Below the pieces are notes generated by a model, which was not told where the DNA came from, did no database searches, and saw nothing but the letters and a program-made list of their open reading frames with translations. Shown here in pieces: positions 1 through 8,763 of a stretch of 64,000 nucleotides of DNA. Every line of letters starts with the position of its first letter. Position 1 is the first letter of the stretch. Made by a program: the position numbers and the translations under genes. Source of the DNA: Turneriella sp. (GTDB lineage: Bacteria > Spirochaetota > Leptospiria > Turneriellales > Turneriellaceae); contig CBDIID010000003.1 of NCBI GenBank assembly GCA_965279515.1, positions 4,736,001 to 4,800,000 of the forward strand. Reading direction: 5' to 3'.

Positions 1-2
1 TT

Positions 3-524
3 AATTTATGCTTTCTGTTTTCCGTTTTTTGTGCCGCAGTACACGCGCTGACGCTCAAAACTTTTCCGGACGCGATTCAAGGGGTCTATCCCGCCGCCGA
101 TAACGTTAAACGGCAAACGCTCTATCTCACAGCCGATCAGTTGCGTCGCGCCGAACAGTCTGCGGGAGAAAAAATCGACACCGCGCTGCTCGTGGTATAC
201 CGCATCACGCGTGCGGGGCAGCTTCTGGGGTGGGCCTATCTCGATACGCACCGGGTGCGGACATTAAACGAAACCATTTTGATCTGCGTCGACGGTGAAG
301 AGCGGATTTCACATGTCGAGGTTCTGAACTTCAATGAACCGCAGGAGTATATTGCCTCGAGCCGTTTCCTCGAACTTTTTAAGAACCGCCGTTTGGACGC
401 TCAGTTATCGCTGAAGGGGAGTGTGCCGACGACGACGGGCGCCACATTGACGTGCAGTGCGATTACTACGGCGGCAAGGCGAGTGCTTGCGCTGCATAAA
501 ATTGTCCTGGAGCAGAAGCGCTGA
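3..524 (+). CDS. Exported FMN-binding domain protein (5' end outside window)
   Basis: Frame is open from base 3 (NLCFLFSVFCAAVHA, a signal-peptide tail). C-terminal TTGATLT matches the [S/T]GA[S/T] flavinylation motif. Lies upstream of apbE. Confidence 0.8.
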   Translation, partial: NLCFLFSVFCAAVHALTLKTFPDAIQGVYPAADNVKRQTLYLTADQLRRAEQSAGEKIDTALLVVYRITRAGQLLGWAYLDTHRVRTLNETILICVDGEERISHVEVLNFNEPQEYIASSRFLELFKNRRLDAQLSLKGSVPTTTGATLTCSAITTAARRVLALHKIVLEQKR

Positions 525-1174
525 TGCGGAGGCTTATGGAAAGGCTGCGGTTGCGCCGCTCGGGGAAGCATTACCGCAAACCAGCATCGGGCAGCAGCAG
601 GGGTTCGGCAAACTTATCCCCGCGATTCTTATGGGTCTTCTATGCGGCAGGTTATCTGTCCGCCTATACCGGGTTTTTATTGCTGTTTTTTTTCCGTAAG
701 CCGCCGGATTTCTATCCGTTATGGAAACAGTTGCTGGTGAAGTCGCATATCGTCGGGGTGGGTATCTGGCTTTTTACCTTCGGTATGCTTTTCAGCATTC
801 ATGTTATTCCACAGCTCAAGAGCGGCATGAGGGTCGGCCGCCGGTCAGGCATCTTTTTGGTCGTCGTTTTGGTTCTCATGAGCCTGACGGGTTATGGTAT
901 TCAGGTGATGCCGACGAGTTGGGGCATTGACCTAAGCCGTTACAGCCATCTCGTCACAGGCATGGGCTTCACGGCTCTCTTTGTCATGCACCTTGTTCTG
1001 GTGAAACCCCGCCTGCGCCTAGCGCTGGTTTCGGCGACAGCAGTGAGCTTTATGTTGGCGGCGCCGTTTTTTTTACTCAAAGTGGAGAATGTTTTTCCGG
1101 ATGAGATTCAGCTAAAGCCGGTATCGGCCGTGGATATGCCCGCCGCCGACAGTGCCCTCGTAAAAAAAAATTAG
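524..1174 (+). CDS. Multi-pass membrane protein with intramembrane His residues (DUF4405/cytochrome b-like)
   Basis: About 5 hydrophobic helices with His in SHIVG, SIHVIP, SHLVTG and VMHL. Sits between the FMN-binding gene and apbE. Ends at an A9 run. Confidence 0.65.
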   Translation: MRRLMERLRLRRSGKHYRKPASGSSRGSANLSPRFLWVFYAAGYLSAYTGFLLLFFFRKPPDFYPLWKQLLVKSHIVGVGIWLFTFGMLFSIHVIPQLKSGMRVGRRSGIFLVVVLVLMSLTGYGIQVMPTSWGIDLSRYSHLVTGMGFTALFVMHLVLVKPRLRLALVSATAVSFMLAAPFFLLKVENVFPDEIQLKPVSAVDMPAADSALVKKN

Positions 1175-1200
1175 TTTCTGACCATCTGACATCACGCATT

Positions 1201-2112
1201 TTGCCAGCAATGGGGACGCTCATCGAGCTGAGGCTTGTATGCCCCGATACCGCAACCTGTGAGCGCGGTTTCAGCGGCGCGGCCGATACGCTGGGTCTCA
1301 TCGATCGTCAAATGAGCCTTTACCATGAAAGCGAACTGACTCGGATTAACGCCGCCGCCGGTTCGTTGGATCCGATGCAAGCCGTGAGTATCGATACGGA
1401 GCGGGTCATAGCGACCGCATTGTTGGTCGCAAGCCGTTCGGAAGGATATTTCGATCCGACCATCGCCCCACTTCTGGATTTGTTCCGCTTCTATGAAGTG
1501 GAATCGGGAAGTCAGGTCGCAGAACCCGGGCCTGATAAAATTGCTGATGCCCTGGACCTCGTCAATTTCAGAAATCTGAGACTCGTTGGTCACCGCGCGG
1601 GGCTGATGCGCAGGGGAATGAAGATGGATCTGGGGGGGATCGCGAAGGGGTATGCATTGGATATCATTGCCCAAAGATTCAGAATGCTCGGACTGAGGCG
1701 TTTCTCCCTGAATTTTGGCGGGCATTTATTGGCGGCCGGTATCAGTCATGAAACTACCGTTCGTCATCCCCTGACGGGCCGGCCCTGGCTGGCCTGCCGT
1801 ATCAGCCGCGGGTCACTCTCGGTGTCGGCCCAAAATGAGCGTTTTGTGCGAACGGGCACGAAGCGCATCGGGCATATTTTCCATTCCATGTCCGGCGCAC
1901 CTATTGAACCTAATCAGATTATTGCAGTCTATCATGAATCGGCGATGCTCGCCGACGCCTGGTCCACAGCCCTGTTCTTTGCAGATGAGCGAAAATTTTT
2001 ATCCTGGGCGCGGCAAAATCAACTGATTGCTTACCGGTTGTCAGCTTTGAATATGGTTGGGCGTTCAGCCGCGGCGGAAACCGCGGATGTTTGTAAGCTG
2101 CTCGCTGGCTGA
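1201..2112 (+). CDS. apbE: FAD:protein FMN transferase (ApbE family), no signal peptide in this frame
   Basis: Motifs AMGT, FDPTI, DLGGIAKGYALD, GHIF, ADAWSTALF. Confidence 0.92.
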   Translation: MPAMGTLIELRLVCPDTATCERGFSGAADTLGLIDRQMSLYHESELTRINAAAGSLDPMQAVSIDTERVIATALLVASRSEGYFDPTIAPLLDLFRFYEVESGSQVAEPGPDKIADALDLVNFRNLRLVGHRAGLMRRGMKMDLGGIAKGYALDIIAQRFRMLGLRRFSLNFGGHLLAAGISHETTVRHPLTGRPWLACRISRGSLSVSAQNERFVRTGTKRIGHIFHSMSGAPIEPNQIIAVYHESAMLADAWSTALFFADERKFLSWARQNQLIAYRLSALNMVGRSAAAETADVCKLLAG

Positions 2113-2156
2113 ATTTAATCCATTTACGCTGCCAGACCCTTAATTTATGGGTTTGT

Positions 2157-2831
2157 ATGCAAAACATTGCCATGATGATTTTTCCGGGGGTTACGATCCA
2201 GGATTTCATCGCGCCCTTCGAGGTTTTCAGCCGCGTCGAAGAATTTTCAGTGCATCCGTTTTCGCCGGTCGGCGGCGAAATTGAAACCGAAGGGGGCCTG
2301 AAAATTTCGACGCCGACTTCGATCGACGGTGTCCTGTACTGCGACATCTTATTTATCCCCGGGGGCAAAGGCATTAACAAAATTCTCGCCGATGAAATCA
2401 TCCTGCGCAAGATTCATGATTTAGGGCAACGCTCACGCATGGTAACTTCAGTCTGTACCGGCTCGCTCGTGCTGGCTGGTGCGGGGCTGCTGAAGGGCTA
2501 CCGGGCGACCAGCCACTGGCGTTTCACGGACCTTCTCGAAATCTGCGGCGCGATACCGGTTGAAGAGCGGGTCGTGATCGACCGCAACCGCATCACCGGG
2601 GCCGGCGTTTCGGCGGGTATGGATTTTGCCCTGACGCTCGTGGCAAACCTGGTTTCGGAAAAACGCGCACGCGAGATTCAGCTGCAGATCGAATATGACC
2701 CCGCACCGCCTTTTGTCTCGGGGCATCCGTTACGCTGCGAAACGGATACACTCGACGCAGTCCGCTTGAAAACACAGGCAAGTTATGATCTGCGGAAAAA
2801 ACTTCTGCGCGAAATTCCGCATCTGAACTGA
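2157..2831 (+). CDS. DJ-1/PfpI family protein (isonitrile hydratase InhA-like)
   Basis: Motifs IPGG, SVCTGSLVLA, RATSHW, TGAGVSAGMDF, EYDPAPPF. Confidence 0.88.
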   Translation: MQNIAMMIFPGVTIQDFIAPFEVFSRVEEFSVHPFSPVGGEIETEGGLKISTPTSIDGVLYCDILFIPGGKGINKILADEIILRKIHDLGQRSRMVTSVCTGSLVLAGAGLLKGYRATSHWRFTDLLEICGAIPVEERVVIDRNRITGAGVSAGMDFALTLVANLVSEKRAREIQLQIEYDPAPPFVSGHPLRCETDTLDAVRLKTQASYDLRKKLLREIPHLN

Positions 2832-2883
2832 TCTTAAGTAAACTCGCTCGCCTTCGGGCGATAATTTGATTATTTTAGGTGCC

Positions 2884-4668
2884 ATGAACTCCCATACGTT
2901 TATGCTCAACCTGCTGGTCTTTATGGCGGCAGCTGTTGTCGCGGTACCGATTGCGACACGTCTCGGGCTTGGTAACGTCCTGGGCTATCTCATTGCGGGG
3001 GCAGCAATCGGCCCATGGGGTTTAAAGCTCATCTGGAATGTTTCGGATATTCTGACATTTTCTGAATTCGGCGTCGTACTTCTGCTCTTTATCATCGGTT
3101 TGGAACTTCGCCCGGGGCGGCTCTGGAATATGCGCCGCGACATCTTCGGTTTTGGTCTCATGCAGATTGTCCTGTGTATGGTGGTGTTATTCGTGCCGCT
3201 GTTTCTCTGGGGTGTGGGATTGCTGCCTGGCGGGATTCTCGCCTTCGGTTTTGCGTTATCGTCCACAGCCTTTGCGATGCAGATTCTCACCGAAAAACAC
3301 GAACTCAACACACAGTATGGCCGGGCATCTTTTGCTGTCCTGTTGTTTCAGGATATCGCCGTAGTGCCCGTGATGATTATTCTGCCGATGCTGACACAGA
3401 ACGAGCAGGTGAGCCGCGGCGGATTTATGGCAATGGCGCCGGGCTTCCTCGCGCTTTTTGCAGTCCTTGTCGGTGCGCGCTACCTCGTGCAGCCTTTTTT
3501 CCGCATGGTCGTGAAGGCGAAGAGCCGCGAGCTTTTTACCGCGGCGGCGCTTTTGCTTGTCTTTTCCGTGGCCGCGCTTATGGAAGCCGTGGGTTTCTCG
3601 ATGGCACTCGGCACCTTTGTCGCGGGCGTCATTCTTTCGGAATCGGAATACCGCCACGAACTCGAAGCGAGTATTGAGCCCTTCAAAGGGCTCCTGTTAG
3701 GTTTGTTTTTTATTGCCGTGGGAATGAGCATGGATTTCGGCATTTTGCTGAAATATCCGGTGTTGATCCCCCTTGCTGTCGTGACACTCATGGCGCTTAA
3801 AATTATCGCCGTATACGTCGCGGGGGCCTTATTCCGTTACGAGGGTGAAACCAGCCGCAACATTGCATTCTTGATCTGCCAGGGCGGCGAGTTTGCCTTC
3901 GTACTCTTCAAGCTCGCGGCCGATAAGAGCCTGTTGACGCCGGAGACGCAGGCGATTGCGACAGTTGTGGTGGCGCTCAGCCTCGTCGCCACGCCTTTTG
4001 TCTACATGTTCAACAGCCGTGTGCTGCGCGTGAAGTTCAATTCCTCCGAATGGAAATTCGATGAGATGCCCAGCGAGCATAACCCGGTGATTCTCGCGGG
4101 TTTCGGGCGTTATGGGCAGATCATCGGCCGCATGCTGCGCCTCAATGAAATCGACTTCACCGCGCTCGAGATTGATTCCGAGCAGGTACAGGCCGTGCGG
4201 AAATTCGGCAGCAAGGTCTATTACGGCGACGCCTCGCGGCTCGATCTGCTTGAGGCCGCGGGGGCCGCACATGCGAAGATTTTCGTACTCGCAGTCGACG
4301 ATGTCGATGCGTCGCTGAAGATCGCGCAGATTGTCAGCCAGCATTTTCCCCACCTGAAAATCCTTGCGCGCGCGCGTAACCGCGCACATGCGCACGATCT
4401 TATGGATCTGAATGTCCATGATTTGCGGCGCGAGACCTATGCCTCGAGCCTTGAGACGGCGGATGTCATGCTGCGCGAACTCGGCTTTAGCGCGAAGAAG
4501 GCTGAGACGATGCTTGCAAAATTCCGCAAACATGACGAACAAACACTCGCCGAGAGTCAGAAGTTCCGCGGCAACGAAAAACTCTATATCGATTATTCCA
4601 ATCAGGCCGGTTTGCAGCTGGCCGAAGTTTTTCGCCAGGATGCCATCGCCGACGACAAAGCCGATTGA
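2884..4668 (+). CDS. CPA2-family K+/H+ antiporter, KefB/KefC-like, with C-terminal KTN domain
   Basis: About 13 TM helices with SSTA, LFQD and GGEFAFV motifs, then a GFGRYG Rossmann KTN domain. ATG 2884 chosen as start. Confidence 0.9.
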   Translation: MNSHTFMLNLLVFMAAAVVAVPIATRLGLGNVLGYLIAGAAIGPWGLKLIWNVSDILTFSEFGVVLLLFIIGLELRPGRLWNMRRDIFGFGLMQIVLCMVVLFVPLFLWGVGLLPGGILAFGFALSSTAFAMQILTEKHELNTQYGRASFAVLLFQDIAVVPVMIILPMLTQNEQVSRGGFMAMAPGFLALFAVLVGARYLVQPFFRMVVKAKSRELFTAAALLLVFSVAALMEAVGFSMALGTFVAGVILSESEYRHELEASIEPFKGLLLGLFFIAVGMSMDFGILLKYPVLIPLAVVTLMALKIIAVYVAGALFRYEGETSRNIAFLICQGGEFAFVLFKLAADKSLLTPETQAIATVVVALSLVATPFVYMFNSRVLRVKFNSSEWKFDEMPSEHNPVILAGFGRYGQIIGRMLRLNEIDFTALEIDSEQVQAVRKFGSKVYYGDASRLDLLEAAGAAHAKIFVLAVDDVDASLKIAQIVSQHFPHLKILARARNRAHAHDLMDLNVHDLRRETYASSLETADVMLRELGFSAKKAETMLAKFRKHDEQTLAESQKFRGNEKLYIDYSNQAGLQLAEVFRQDAIADDKAD

Positions 4669-4711
4669 TTTTGCGATTGACTTCGCGTGCGCAACCTAAA
4701 AGGTCTCATCA

Positions 4712-6262
4712 ATGAAAAAAGCATTGAAAATTCTTAAGAAAATCATTATTGGTTTCTTTATACTCCTCGTGGTGATCGGGGTCGGCGGTTATATCGCCAT
4801 CAAGCTCGTCGTCACCAAAGACTTTGTCGCGAGCAAAATCGAACAAAACATCAACGGCCGCGTCGAAATCGCCGACATCTCCGTGCCGTTATGGGCGGCG
4901 TTCTCGGGCATCACAATCGACGGCTTTAAAATCGGCGCGCGCGACGCAGAAGTCGCGAAACCGATGAAAGAACGTACACCGATGAAAGACCAGATTATCG
5001 GTTTCAAAAAATTCAATTTTCAGGTGGCGATGGGTAAACTCATCACCTCATTCGGCAAGAACTTTGAGTTGAAGTCGCTCCTGATTACGGAGCCTACTGC
5101 ACATATCGTGCTCGGGGCCAATGGCGGCAATAACCTCGAAGCCTTACTCACAAAGCCAAAAACCAAAGAAGACCTGGCAAAAGAAGCCGAAGAACTGGCA
5201 GCCAAAAAAGCTGAAACAGCGAAAAAAGCGGCTAAAGCCGAGCCCAAGGCGCCCGAAAAACCATTCGATTTCCGCGAACTGACGACAGAAATCAAAATGG
5301 GTAAGATCGGCATCGAAGGCGGGTTCTTCACAATCAATGTGCAGAAACTGGGGCAAACACTGAAGGTCAGTGGCGCCAACGTTCTTTTACGCGATGTGCT
5401 GATTGATCCCAAAGATCTCGAGCACAAAAACCAACTGGGCCTGACGACGCAGTTTACACTGGAACTTGCCGAAGGCCGCGGTGGCGGAGTAAAATCTTTC
5501 AAGATCATTTTCGACCTGCAGGGCGGTATGGCACCGATCAATCCGAAAACCGGCGGGCCGGCAGAAGCTGTGACCGTGACGACAGGGCTCAAAAAGGGTT
5601 CGTATGTCACGGGTCTCGCGATTTTCGAAAAACTCAAGGGCCAGACAGAGATGCTGAACAAGATCGGTATCAAACTGAATTTCCTGGGTGAAACACAGAC
5701 CCTGGCAAAAGACGCGATCGGCACACTGACATATGCGGGCGGTCTCATTACGCTGAAAACGCCGCCGACTCTGGCAACGAACGATTTCGAGTTCGCGCTC
5801 ACAGCCGGCGATCATATCCACATCAAGACGCTGGACCACCACTTCCGCGGCGATCTGGCTCTGGCAGCGCAGCACACCAAGAAAGTCGAAGAGGGTCTGG
5901 ATAAAAATATCGCGGCGGGTATCGGACCTGCAGTGGATAAAATTCCTCCCGGGGCCGTGCGCGACAAGGCCAAGGCTGCTTTGACACCGGAAAAGATCCG
6001 CGCATCCGTGCTCGCTCCTGCCATGAAAAACGGACTGATTACCTTTGGCATCGATTCATCCGCGAGCATTTCATCGCCGAACGTCAAGGTGCTGACACCG
6101 CAGTTCCCGAGCCTGCAAAACCTGCTGCAAGACGAGCTCAAGAAAAATGTGCCTGACCTGAAGAGCCTCATGGGCGCAGAAATGGATAAACTGAAAGGGC
6201 AGGCGATGGATAAGGCCGGGGACGAGCTGAAAAAACACCTGCCCGGCATTCCAGGCTTCTAA
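4712..6262 (+). CDS. AsmA-like N-terminally anchored periplasmic protein
   Basis: N-terminal TM anchor, then V..KIEQNINGRVEIADI..PLW (AsmA N-terminal pattern) and a beta-rich body. Confidence 0.6.
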   Translation: MKKALKILKKIIIGFFILLVVIGVGGYIAIKLVVTKDFVASKIEQNINGRVEIADISVPLWAAFSGITIDGFKIGARDAEVAKPMKERTPMKDQIIGFKKFNFQVAMGKLITSFGKNFELKSLLITEPTAHIVLGANGGNNLEALLTKPKTKEDLAKEAEELAAKKAETAKKAAKAEPKAPEKPFDFRELTTEIKMGKIGIEGGFFTINVQKLGQTLKVSGANVLLRDVLIDPKDLEHKNQLGLTTQFTLELAEGRGGGVKSFKIIFDLQGGMAPINPKTGGPAEAVTVTTGLKKGSYVTGLAIFEKLKGQTEMLNKIGIKLNFLGETQTLAKDAIGTLTYAGGLITLKTPPTLATNDFEFALTAGDHIHIKTLDHHFRGDLALAAQHTKKVEEGLDKNIAAGIGPAVDKIPPGAVRDKAKAALTPEKIRASVLAPAMKNGLITFGIDSSASISSPNVKVLTPQFPSLQNLLQDELKKNVPDLKSLMGAEMDKLKGQAMDKAGDELKKHLPGIPGF

Positions 6263-6267
6263 GATCT

Positions 6268-6591
6268 ATGAAAGACGTAGTCTTCTACGTCTTTTTGTTT
6301 TCCGTTTACGGCATTTTAGCGCTGAACTTTGGGGCGGCACAAAATGCCGGGGCGGAGCCCGTGCTGACGTGGAAGGTTCTGGGCTTCCATTTTTGTCTTT
6401 TTGCGGCCGTTGCCACGTTGGCGCGCTGGTCGGTGATGGCTTTCAAACGCCGCACAGACCAACTGCTTAAAGGGCAGAAAATTGTCGGTGTCGAAGAGGG
6501 CGAAGGGGAGCATGTCATCGATGTGCTGAAGCCCGCGGTCCTTAAGCGCGAGGAGAAAAAGCCGAAGCTGAAACGCCGGCGCCGCTTTTAA
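6268..6591 (+). CDS. Small membrane protein, hypothetical
   Basis: Two hydrophobic segments and a basic tail; 5 bp downstream of the previous gene. Confidence 0.6.
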   Translation: MKDVVFYVFLFSVYGILALNFGAAQNAGAEPVLTWKVLGFHFCLFAAVATLARWSVMAFKRRTDQLLKGQKIVGVEEGEGEHVIDVLKPAVLKREEKKPKLKRRRRF

Positions 6592-6619
6592 GCGGAGAAT
6601 CGCTGCCGGTTAAATACAC

Positions 6620-6648
6620 TTGACGTAGGGCTTTCCCGTCCGTATTAT
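6620..6648 (+). promoter_or_regulatory. Sigma70-type promoter
   Basis: TTGACG-N17-TATTAT, 12 nt upstream of ATG 6661. Confidence 0.6.
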
Positions 6649-6660
6649 GTCGCATCTTCC

Positions 6661-8763
6661 ATGCGACGATATCGCACTCTGCTCATAACCCTCGGGGTTG
6701 TTTTTTCAGCAGGCTTTATCTACGCGGTATTCTACCCCTCGCTGGGTGTCAGGCAAAATCTCGCTGAAGAGGAGTTCCAGAAAGCCTGGCTGCTTTTTCA
6801 GGATCGCAAGTTCGATGCCGCGATCGAAAAATTTTCGCAGGCCCTTATCATCAACCCCGAGTTCCACTGGGCGCGGCGTTTTCTCGCACAAACCTACTAT
6901 TTCTCAGGACAAACATCGGAAGCGCTTGAAGAGTATGAAACTCTCATGCGCGCGATGCCGCATGACCTGACGCTCAAGAACCGCATCGAAGCATTAAACC
7001 TCTCACCCGATGCGCGCAGCGAAAGCGCCGCTGAATTTCTGCGCGTTGTACCGCGCGCGCAAGGTTACCGCTATAACCGGCCGACTTTTGTGGGGCTATT
7101 GCACTCCGACAGGTTTGCCGTCTTGTCGCTCGGGAACTTTGACGTGGGCAACATGGTCTCGTATTCAGCGCAGGGCGAGCCCTATGAGAACCGCCACCGT
7201 GTTTCGGGCAAGCTCAATTATCCGATGGCGTTCGCGCAGAATGACGCCGAGATCTGGATTTCAGATTTCAAGGACGACAAGATACACCGCCTGACGAAAA
7301 ACCCGCGCCGCTTTCTGGCGTATTTTTTCAATCCCGCAGCGCTGGGTAAAACCGGCGGCGGCGATCTCGAGTTCCGTTCGCCCGCAGGCGTCTGCCACCG
7401 TGCGGGTGAGTTTATCGTTGCCGATTCGGGCAACAACCGCCTGCAACGCATCAGCGATGACGGAAAGTTCATCGCCTCGATCACGCGGGCTGCCGACGTC
7501 GACGCGATGCAGACGCCGTTTGGTATCCACTGCGATGAAGAATCGATCTGGATTACGGAATCGGGCGCGGGCAGGATATCCCACCTGGACCGTTATGGCA
7601 ACGTCGTTGCCGAATTCTCACCGCCCGAAATCAAGAAACCGCGCCACATTTTGTGGGATGCCGGCGAGCAGCTTTTTCTTGTCGCCGATGAAACGGGTGG
7701 TATCATCCATATGAATAACGCGGGTGGCGTGGTGCGCAAGACGACGGGGTACCAGAATGCCGACGGACGTTTTATCACTTTCGCGCGGCCATACGCGGCT
7801 GCTTTTGACGCCTTCCGTAACCTCTATGTCGCCGATTATGGTTCGAGCGAAGTGGTGCAGTTCGCGCCGCAGAGCGAGAAATTCGGGCAGCTCTACATGC
7901 AGGTTGAAAAGGTCAGTTCGGCAAAATTCCCGATGCTCGGCGTCTATGTGACAGTTTCTACGGGCCTCTCTGAGAAGGCCGACGGACTGCCTCATTATCT
8001 CACGGAACTGAAAGCCGAGGATTTTAAAATTTTTGAAAACGATGCGGCCGTCGGAAATCTCGGCGCCGAATACCTGAAACAGTTCGACGAAGTTCTGCAG
8101 GGGACGATTCTGCTCTCGCGCAGCGCACGCATGAAAGATTATGAGACGCAGCTGCCCTGGGTGCTCGACCACATCTTTACCCGCATTCGCGAGAAAGACC
8201 GCTTCAGGATCATCACGCATGGCGCGGACGTGCGCCGTGAAACGGATTTTATCGCTTCACGGCTGAAGCTTTTGCAGGCCATCAAGACTTCGCTTGCTGA
8301 CGATTTACTCGTGAAAAGCGCGATACCCACCGCGAGTGCGGGGCTGTATGACGCCGTGACAGAACTCATCACACGCGAGGGCAAACGCGCGGTCATCTAT
8401 ATCACGGACGGCGAGCTCGACGACGATGCCTTACAGCCCTACGATAAGGCCCGCCTCATCGACTATGCACGTGCCAACCACATTCCCGTGTTTGTCGTGA
8501 GTTTTGAGCACCCCGATGCCGCGCCGGGCGGAAAGGAGCTTTTGGCCGAAATTGCGCAAAAAACCGGCGGGGCGTACTTCCGCGCGCTAGAGATCGATCC
8601 CAACATCGAAAGCCGCCTGCGTTCACAAAAAGAAGTCCGCTATTTACTCAGCTATCAAAGCCAGATGAAAAAAGAAACGCGCGGGCAGTATATTGACTTA
8701 AGGGTCATGACGCGGTTCAGGCAGAAGCGCGGCCTCGATCTCAGCGGGTATTTTATACCATGA
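6661..8763 (+). CDS. TPR + NHL beta-propeller + VWA domain exported protein
   Basis: N-terminal TM/signal, TPRs (EEFQKAW...INPEF), NHL repeats (FRSPAG...VADSGNNRLQR), and a VWA-like C-terminus (LYDAV, YITDG, IAQKTGGAYF). Confidence 0.8.
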   Translation: MRRYRTLLITLGVVFSAGFIYAVFYPSLGVRQNLAEEEFQKAWLLFQDRKFDAAIEKFSQALIINPEFHWARRFLAQTYYFSGQTSEALEEYETLMRAMPHDLTLKNRIEALNLSPDARSESAAEFLRVVPRAQGYRYNRPTFVGLLHSDRFAVLSLGNFDVGNMVSYSAQGEPYENRHRVSGKLNYPMAFAQNDAEIWISDFKDDKIHRLTKNPRRFLAYFFNPAALGKTGGGDLEFRSPAGVCHRAGEFIVADSGNNRLQRISDDGKFIASITRAADVDAMQTPFGIHCDEESIWITESGAGRISHLDRYGNVVAEFSPPEIKKPRHILWDAGEQLFLVADETGGIIHMNNAGGVVRKTTGYQNADGRFITFARPYAAAFDAFRNLYVADYGSSEVVQFAPQSEKFGQLYMQVEKVSSAKFPMLGVYVTVSTGLSEKADGLPHYLTELKAEDFKIFENDAAVGNLGAEYLKQFDEVLQGTILLSRSARMKDYETQLPWVLDHIFTRIREKDRFRIITHGADVRRETDFIASRLKLLQAIKTSLADDLLVKSAIPTASAGLYDAVTELITREGKRAVIYITDGELDDDALQPYDKARLIDYARANHIPVFVVSFEHPDAAPGGKELLAEIAQKTGGAYFRALEIDPNIESRLRSQKEVRYLLSYQSQMKKETRGQYIDLRVMTRFRQKRGLDLSGYFIP

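Noticed and set aside
5020..6249. Long antisense and alternate-frame ORFs (e.g. 5020-5802, 9474-10214, 21789-22601, 37140-37919, 53793-54587)
   Set aside because: They are shadow ORFs of well-supported genes in GC-rich DNA, with no motifs or RBS.
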